DNA of 64,000 nucleotides from Bacilli bacterium (GTDB lineage Bacteria; Bacillota_I; Bacilli_A; RF39; UBA660): NCBI GenBank assembly GCA_017460175.1, contig JAFUBO010000004.1, positions 23,592 to 87,591 of the forward strand, read 5' to 3'. Shown piece by piece: positions 58,382 to 64,000 of this stretch (position 1 is its first letter; each line of letters starts with the position of its first letter). The notes under the pieces were generated by a model. It saw only the letters and a program-made list of their open reading frames with translations, ran no database searches and was not told where the DNA came from. The position numbers and the translations under genes were made by a program.

Positions 58382-59441
58382 CTATTAAATTCCACCACTT
58401 TTCACATATTTTATTTTTATCTAGACTTTGTCTTATTTTTATAGATTCTTTGGAAATCAATTCAGAAAAAACGTTATCTGATGCAACTTTTTTCATTGCA
58501 TTGACTAATTCATTTTTATTATTACACTCCACTAGAATACCATTTACATTATTATTTATTACAGTATGTGCCCCTCCAATTGGACAATCAGTACATATAG
58601 TTGGAATACCCATTGCCATTGCTTCAAGCATCGAATTTGACATACCTTCAAAATCAGATGTAGATACAAACATTGATGCATCCTTTATTTTTTCATGAAT
58701 ATCCGAGCAAAAATCATTTAATTCTATATTATTCTTCATCTTAGTTTGATTAATATATTTCTTAATTTCTAACTCCAATGGACCATTGCCATATATTTTT
58801 AAAAAATATTCTGGAAAATCAATACAAAAATCATTAAATGAATCTATTAATAATTTTAAATTTTTTTGAGAATCAATCCTACAAAAGTTAACAATATAAT
58901 TACTTTTTTTCTTTGATGCATATGGTAAATTATCTTTAATTGGATTCATTATAATTCTTGTCTCTTTTACTATATTTTTATAATAATTGGCTGAATCAGT
59001 TGTTTGACAAACTATTATATCAGCAGTTTTATATATTATATTTCTTAGTATTCGATATATTTTTCTACTTGGTTCTCTATTTGGATCATTTCTCTCAGAA
59101 ATAATCTTTTTTATTTTAATTCCAAGTGTCGAGATTAAAACATACATAGAAGCATAATTTCCTAAAACAATAACCTTATCAAATTTTTTACGTTTAAAAA
59201 ACTTTCTAATTTTTATTAATGATTTTATTTTATTAATGATTTTTATTTTATTATCATATGTAATTTGTTCTACAGATATTGCTTTAGAAATATTCATTTC
59301 TATTTGACTTGGTTTTGTTAATAAAACACTAATATCGTACTTCTTTGTATCAATATTATCTAATAGTATGGATAATACTCTTGTTACACCATTATTAGAA
59401 AAACCAGATACAGCAAAACATATTTTATTTTTTTTGTCCAT
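58374..59441 (-). CDS. Glycosyltransferase family 4
   Basis: The C-terminal 'FEGMSNSMLEAMAMGIPTICTDCPIGG' is present. It overlaps the downstream GT4 gene by 8 nt. Confidence 0.7.
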   Translation of the reverse strand: MDKKNKICFAVSGFSNNGVTRVLSILLDNIDTKKYDISVLLTKPSQIEMNISKAISVEQITYDNKIKIINKIKSLIKIRKFFKRKKFDKVIVLGNYASMYVLISTLGIKIKKIISERNDPNREPSRKIYRILRNIIYKTADIIVCQTTDSANYYKNIVKETRIIMNPIKDNLPYASKKKSNYIVNFCRIDSQKNLKLLIDSFNDFCIDFPEYFLKIYGNGPLELEIKKYINQTKMKNNIELNDFCSDIHEKIKDASMFVSTSDFEGMSNSMLEAMAMGIPTICTDCPIGGAHTVINNNVNGILVECNNKNELVNAMKKVASDNVFSELISKESIKIRQSLDKNKICEKWWNLIDE

Positions 59442-59477
59442 CTAATCACCTTTTATCTACATTAATCAAATGAAAAA

Positions 59478-61490
59478 TTATTGTTTACTATTTGCTAATT
59501 TATGACGATTTTTTTCACCAATAAATCTAGTAATAATTTGTAATATTTTTCTTTTCAATTTTTCTTTTTTACTTTTCCATGTATTATCATAGTGATGCAT
59601 ACCTATGGTATTGTTTGTCTTTTTTAATACACCAGTAAAGCAATTTAATGGTGAAAAATATTCACTAGGATATACAACTAACCCATCTTTATAAAACTTT
59701 ATGGAATTTGAATACTTATAATTATATTTTTTTGTTAAATAACTATATACTCTTTTTGTGTTTGGTAATGTATTATAACTGCCATCATCATTTATAAAAT
59801 TTAATTTATCATATTCTTCAAGTAGTTCTTTAATCCATTTACTCTTTGGTTTAGCAGCAATAATTGCTGTTGAAATTGTATACATACTTTCTATACAAAA
59901 AAATCCATCTTCATATAGAAATTGATCCAAATTATCATACAATTCCATATCAGTATCCATGTATATACCGCCATATTCATATAAAACCTTTAGTCGTATA
60001 TAATCTGATACAAATGCCCATTTTTTTGCTTTGATAGCTTCTTTTACATACTTTGGTGCTTGATCAAGATTAAAATTTTCTTCATTCCACTCAATAATTT
60101 TGTAATCACACAAATATTTATTCCAACTTTCAATACACTTTTCAGCTAAAGGAGATTTTTTTCCATTACCTACCCAAACACTATGTATTATTTTTGGTAT
60201 TTTCATTTTTTCTTTTGGCTTTTTTACTTCTAATTTTATAATATATAACTCTTTTTTACCTTCATGAACAGAATCAATACACACTTTTTCATTTTTATGA
60301 TCCCATCTTGGATGAAGGTCACATCTTACATCATTATCATATCTAAATGGTGCAAACACACTTGCAATTCTTTTTGAATGTTTATTCTCCTCACATATAT
60401 AAACATTAGCAATTCTTTTTCTATTAGGATAAGTATCTGTAATAACATATTTACCATTCGGTGAATATGTACAATGTCCATCTGTATTTAATTCTTCCCA
60501 AAACATTTTGTACTGTTTTGTTTTATCTCTCATTAAGTAATAATGATCTTTTGTTTCTTTTTTTCTTAAGAAAGATAGTATTTCTTTATCATTTTTCCAA
60601 CAGCAATGTGAAACAAAATTATCATCACTTAAATTATACATATCAGTGCCATCAATATTCATTGTTACTAGTCTTGTAAATTTTTCGTTATGTTTAAACC
60701 ATCTATGTAAAACCATAAACCTTTTTCCATTTGGACTTATCATTATATGATTTACTTTGTGTTCTGCTCCGCTCATTTCATTTCTTGTTTCGAAATTTGC
60801 TAGATCTGTATATTTTATTACATCTGATATTTTTCCTGTCTTTAAATCTATTTTCCAAATGCAAGTTTTATCAGGGCATAAATCTTTTCTTGTTTCTTCC
60901 GAAAGATTTGCATAACCATATCCTTTTCTTAATCTGTGCAATCTGGAAAAATCTAGTGTTAATGCAAATTTTCCATCTTTAGATATATCGTATATAGGCA
61001 TATCATATACTTTTTCTTCTTTTCTAGATATAAAATTATATACAACAGATACATATTTGTTATTTCTAAAATCATTATATATAATTTTACTTTTAAAATC
61101 TGGTGCTAGCCATTGTGCCATACAACCTTGTTGCGTATTCCAACAATGTGTTGTACCAATAATTTCCATTTTATTTTCATTTTGTGTATCAAACACAACT
61201 ACTTTAGCTTCTTCAATTGAATCTGGAACTTTATGTGCATTCTTAACTTGTAATGCTATCATATATCTATCAGTTATGTCCCAAGGTGACTTATCATAAT
61301 ATCCATAAAAATATTCGTATTCATCATCTGGTGAAATTCTAGTTATATTACCTTCACTTTTAATTTTATCTTTTGATAAAATATATGATGTTCTATGGTA
61401 TACTCCTTTTAAAAATCTCCTGGTTTTTGGAAACTTTGCAAAAATTTGTTTTCCTTTATTTTCTATATTTACAAAATTCAATTTAAACAC
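59478..61490 (-). CDS. Fusion protein: N-terminal ~430-aa beta-propeller-like domain of unknown function + C-terminal GT32-type (DXD, Och1/capsule 'Gly_transf_sug') glycosyltransferase
   Basis: The C-terminal 'IPKIIHSVWVGNGKKSPLAEKCIESWNKY...DYKIIEWNEENF' and 'VSDYIRLKVLYEYGGIYMDTDME' carry the GT32 signature with a DXD motif. The N-terminal region is rich in W/H/C, with repeated 'SPNGK' and 'HPRWD' features. Confidence 0.55.
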   Translation of the reverse strand: MFKLNFVNIENKGKQIFAKFPKTRRFLKGVYHRTSYILSKDKIKSEGNITRISPDDEYEYFYGYYDKSPWDITDRYMIALQVKNAHKVPDSIEEAKVVVFDTQNENKMEIIGTTHCWNTQQGCMAQWLAPDFKSKIIYNDFRNNKYVSVVYNFISRKEEKVYDMPIYDISKDGKFALTLDFSRLHRLRKGYGYANLSEETRKDLCPDKTCIWKIDLKTGKISDVIKYTDLANFETRNEMSGAEHKVNHIMISPNGKRFMVLHRWFKHNEKFTRLVTMNIDGTDMYNLSDDNFVSHCCWKNDKEILSFLRKKETKDHYYLMRDKTKQYKMFWEELNTDGHCTYSPNGKYVITDTYPNRKRIANVYICEENKHSKRIASVFAPFRYDNDVRCDLHPRWDHKNEKVCIDSVHEGKKELYIIKLEVKKPKEKMKIPKIIHSVWVGNGKKSPLAEKCIESWNKYLCDYKIIEWNEENFNLDQAPKYVKEAIKAKKWAFVSDYIRLKVLYEYGGIYMDTDMELYDNLDQFLYEDGFFCIESMYTISTAIIAAKPKSKWIKELLEEYDKLNFINDDGSYNTLPNTKRVYSYLTKKYNYKYSNSIKFYKDGLVVYPSEYFSPLNCFTGVLKKTNNTIGMHHYDNTWKSKKEKLKRKILQIITRFIGEKNRHKLANSKQ

Positions 61491-61498
61491 ATCCTTTA

Positions 61499-62533
61499 TT
61501 ATTTACCAAACATTATTATTGAAACTTTAGACGCATATTTATATACAAATTTACTAATAAAAATTGGTATAACTATTCCAATAGCCACAGATATAATTAT
61601 ACATATATAAGATGGCATTTTTAAAATACTACTTAATATAATACTTGATACAGCAACAAAATATGGATTATGCATTAAATATATTTCATATGAATAATCC
61701 CCAATTTTTTTTAATTTCATTTTGATATTATTATGTACATTTGAAGAAAAAACGTATGTTAAATAAACTCCAAGAACACCAATTGAATACATTAAAATTG
61801 GTGATATTAGTTTTAAAATAGTTTTATCATATATTAAGTTTGATATATTCAATCTTAATAGTGCTAATACCATAAATAGAACAATTGATAAAACTATTTT
61901 TATTTTTGATATAGATTTAATATTATTAGTATTTACTATACATCTTCCAACTACAAAAAATGGAAACCATAGGAATAATCTATATATAATATTTGGATAT
62001 TTTATTAAGTAGGTAGATATACCTATTAAAATAGAAAAAAATAATAACAATTTTTTGTTTATTTTTGTCGAAAAAATATTTATTATAAACATAACAAATA
62101 ATACATATAAAAACCATAAATGTTGTGTGTAATATACCTCATATGTAAGTATTCCTTTCAACATACTAAATATACCCATAGGCTCAAAACCAATTTTTGT
62201 CATAAAAGAACTATTAATTTTACATGCTATTTGAACACCAATATACAATATTACAGTCCAAAATAAATATGGCAAAATTAAATGTACTAGTTTGTTTTTT
62301 ATAAATTTTTGTCTTCCTTTTTCTAAATAATCTTTATTTTTTAATTCAAATAAGTATCCAGAAATTATAAAGAAAATCGGCATATGAAAACAAATTATGA
62401 TATTATCAAATGAAGTTAATATAACACCATGTTTCACATTTGAAATTGAATGATGAATCAAAACCAATATAATTGCTACTGCTCTCATCACTTGAATTGT
62501 ATTATTTTTTTTTACATTTTCTTTCATATACAT
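61499..62533 (-). CDS. Acyltransferase family 3 (membrane O-acetyltransferase, OatA/WecH-like)
   Basis: This 344-aa protein has ~10 TMs. The N-terminal 'IQVMRAVAIILVLIHHS' His motif is typical of acyl_transf_3. Confidence 0.7.
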   Translation of the reverse strand: MYMKENVKKNNTIQVMRAVAIILVLIHHSISNVKHGVILTSFDNIIICFHMPIFFIISGYLFELKNKDYLEKGRQKFIKNKLVHLILPYLFWTVILYIGVQIACKINSSFMTKIGFEPMGIFSMLKGILTYEVYYTQHLWFLYVLFVMFIINIFSTKINKKLLLFFSILIGISTYLIKYPNIIYRLFLWFPFFVVGRCIVNTNNIKSISKIKIVLSIVLFMVLALLRLNISNLIYDKTILKLISPILMYSIGVLGVYLTYVFSSNVHNNIKMKLKKIGDYSYEIYLMHNPYFVAVSSIILSSILKMPSYICIIISVAIGIVIPIFISKFVYKYASKVSIIMFGK

Positions 62534-62543
62534 TCCTTTACTT

Positions 62544-63050
62544 TTATTTCCAATTTTCTTCTATAAAATCCTCTATTATTTTATGAATTGCATATGGATC
62601 TTTATTTTTCCATTTAACTAATCCATTATTTTTACTTTTTATTTTTTTGAAACATTCTCCTAAGTCTGTTAATTCTAAGTCAGCCATTATAACATAATTA
62701 TTATCTCTAAATGCTTCATTATTTTGAATTTGATGATCATTTATATGCTCACCATATTTTTCAAGTCTTGTAACTACTATAACTTTTTTATCTGCATTTA
62801 GTGCTTTCATAATGGAACCACTTGCTCCATGTGATACTACTATATCTGCTTTGTTAATGTAGTCTTGAAATTCTTCTTGAGATATAAAATCTTTATACTC
62901 ATAATTTTTAGGTTTATAAGTTGATGTTCCTATTTGTGCAAATATTTTATCTTTAATTACACCTTCATCTACTAAGTCATCTAATTTTTTAAATAATCTA
63001 TCAAAAGAATACTGCCTTGATCCTACTGTTACAAATATCAATATAGGCAC
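62544..63050 (-). CDS. PssE/Cps14G-like glycosyltransferase subunit (Alg13-like, Glyco_tran_28_C)
   Basis: The N-terminal 'ILIFVTVGSRQYSFDRL' matches the typical 'IFVTVGT..FDRL' start of Cps14G/EpsF. It is 168 aa. Confidence 0.65.
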   Translation of the reverse strand: MPILIFVTVGSRQYSFDRLFKKLDDLVDEGVIKDKIFAQIGTSTYKPKNYEYKDFISQEEFQDYINKADIVVSHGASGSIMKALNADKKVIVVTRLEKYGEHINDHQIQNNEAFRDNNYVIMADLELTDLGECFKKIKSKNNGLVKWKNKDPYAIHKIIEDFIEENWK

Positions 63051-63559
63051 CCCCCGTAGATTGCTTTTTTATAATGTTTCTTTTGTGATTCCCATTGAAC
63101 TATAAATAAATCACTATGTTTTTCCATTTTCTTTCCTGCAACTGTCGGCATATTTGCTCTACCAAAAGTTTCAATAAAAATGAATTTTTTATGAAATAAC
63201 ACTGCTAATAAATAAAATGGGTATGCAACCATTGTTCCTGTTGTTATTACAAAGTCTGGTCTTTCTTTTATCCATATAAATAATGTTTTTATTCCATTAA
63301 TTAACATTTTTATTGGCATTAATTTATCTTTTAAATCTGTTTGGTGCATAAAGTACTTTGCAAGCGGTGCTTCAAACTGAGTTTTTTCTGTAACCATAAA
63401 GCCATCATATTTATCAATTAGTGGTTGTAATTTTTGTAATTGCTCCCAATGCCCACCACTGCTTGATACTAAACATAATCTTGGTTTTCTTTTATGTTTG
63501 TTCAAAGTAATCACATCTTTCTTTTTTTTATTTATAAAATTCTTTATACCATTCTGCAA
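63038..63559 (-). CDS. PssD/Cps14F-like membrane-anchoring glycosyltransferase subunit (Alg14-like)
   Basis: 'LCLVSSSGGHWEQLQ' matches the typical 'SSGGH' Alg14 motif. It is 173 aa and is coupled to the Cps14G-like gene (13-nt overlap). Confidence 0.65.
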   Translation of the reverse strand: MQNGIKNFINKKKKDVITLNKHKRKPRLCLVSSSGGHWEQLQKLQPLIDKYDGFMVTEKTQFEAPLAKYFMHQTDLKDKLMPIKMLINGIKTLFIWIKERPDFVITTGTMVAYPFYLLAVLFHKKFIFIETFGRANMPTVAGKKMEKHSDLFIVQWESQKKHYKKAIYGGCLY

Positions 63560-64000
63560 ACTTTCTTAAACCATCTCTTAAACTTGTATCTGGTTTAAAA
63601 CCATAGTCTCTTTCTAGAGGTGTAGTATCAGCATATGTTACTGGTACATCACCTGGTTGCATTGGTACTAATTCTTTATGAGATTCAAAATCATAATCTT
63701 CAGGTAGAACTTTAGCTCTTACTAATTCTTCTTGAAGTATTTTAACAAAGTCTAATAGGTTCTCTGGATTAGAATTACCAATATTGTAGACATTGTATGG
63801 AGGAATTGGTAATCCATCTTCTCCAGTCTTTTGTTCTGGAGCACCTTGCATTACTCTTAATATTCCCTCTACTATATCATCAACATATGTAAAATCTCTT
63901 TTACAATTTCCATAATTAAATATCTTTATTGTTTCACCTTTAATTAATTTATTAGTGAATCCAAAATATGCCATATCTGGTCTTCCAGCCGGACCATATA
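63528..64000 (-). CDS. NAD-dependent sugar-nucleotide epimerase (UDP-glucuronate 4-epimerase-like), C-terminal part only; gene runs off the window end
   Basis: 'KRDFTYVDDIVEGILRVM' is typical of the GalE/CapI C-terminal half. The ORF is still open at position 64000. The ATG at 63974 is internal. Confidence 0.6.
   Translation of the reverse strand, partial: YGPAGRPDMAYFGFTNKLIKGETIKIFNYGNCKRDFTYVDDIVEGILRVMQGAPEQKTGEDGLPIPPYNVYNIGNSNPENLLDFVKILQEELVRAKVLPEDYDFESHKELVPMQPGDVPVTYADTTPLERDYGFKPDTSLRDGLRKFAEWYKEFYK

Noticed and set aside
63528-63974. Treating ORF 63528-63974 as a complete 148-aa gene
   Set aside because: The translation is the C-terminal half of an NAD-dependent epimerase. The reading frame remains open up to the window edge at 64000, so the gene is truncated by the window.

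Overview
This is an AT-rich (about 27-30% GC by eye) chromosomal segment from a low-GC Gram-positive bacterium, Clostridia- or Erysipelotrichia-like. It uses the standard code (TGG Trp, TGA stop), and almost every gene lies on the minus strand. I see no transposase, integrase, CRISPR array or rRNA gene.

Genes in order:
- 53-3298: an MBL-fold hydrolase / peptidase S51 / 5'-deoxynucleotidase / DUF2974 hydrolase operon.
- 3353-4565: trxB-trxA.
- 5779-5950: two tRNAs (Leu-TAG, Met/Ile-CAT) flanked by orphan small genes.
- 6561-10890: two large repeat-rich membrane proteins.
- 10948-14017: a nucleotide-sanitation cluster (Ham1 ITPase, MtaD-like deaminase, PfkB kinase, Smr).
- 14062-21202: a five-gene cluster built around a SipW-type signal peptidase, with TasA-like small secreted proteins and a 1592-aa surface protein. 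The surface protein carries Listeria-Bacteroides repeats, a beta-helix and a C-terminal CX5R tyrosine-phosphatase-like domain. Three of its proteins share an N-terminal Y-[AS]-[IL]-Y-R motif.
- 21360-23686: an ABC-2 exporter.
- 24421-27051: ppdK.
- 27877-28584: a CvpA-like gene.
- 28666-31146: two adjacent mTERF-like repeat proteins co-transcribed with rnhC (plus strand).
- 31178-32356: an unusually long ThyA-family protein.
- 32395-38806: the hrcA-grpE-dnaK-(pepF)-dnaJ heat-shock operon with two tandem CIRCE operators.
- 38933-40786: a Gly-rich-domain plus ricin-lectin surface protein.
- 40817-46770: rsmD and parE-parC.
- 46900-50388: a translationally coupled operon of a radical-SAM DNA-repair-type enzyme, a DUF4130-like partner and a highly divergent full-length GroEL/Cpn60 paralog. 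A LexA (Cheo)-like box precedes it and dinD sits next to it.
- 51431-64000: a Wzx/Wzy-dependent uronic-acid polysaccharide locus (ugd, two TupA-like ATP-grasp ligases, flippase, polymerase, GT4 x2, a beta-propeller-GT32 fusion, an acyltransferase, Cps14F/G-like proteins and an epimerase truncated by the window edge).

The strongest candidates for an undescribed system are the rSAM-DUF4130-Cpn60-like SOS operon and the SipW-associated fibre/adhesin-phosphatase cluster.
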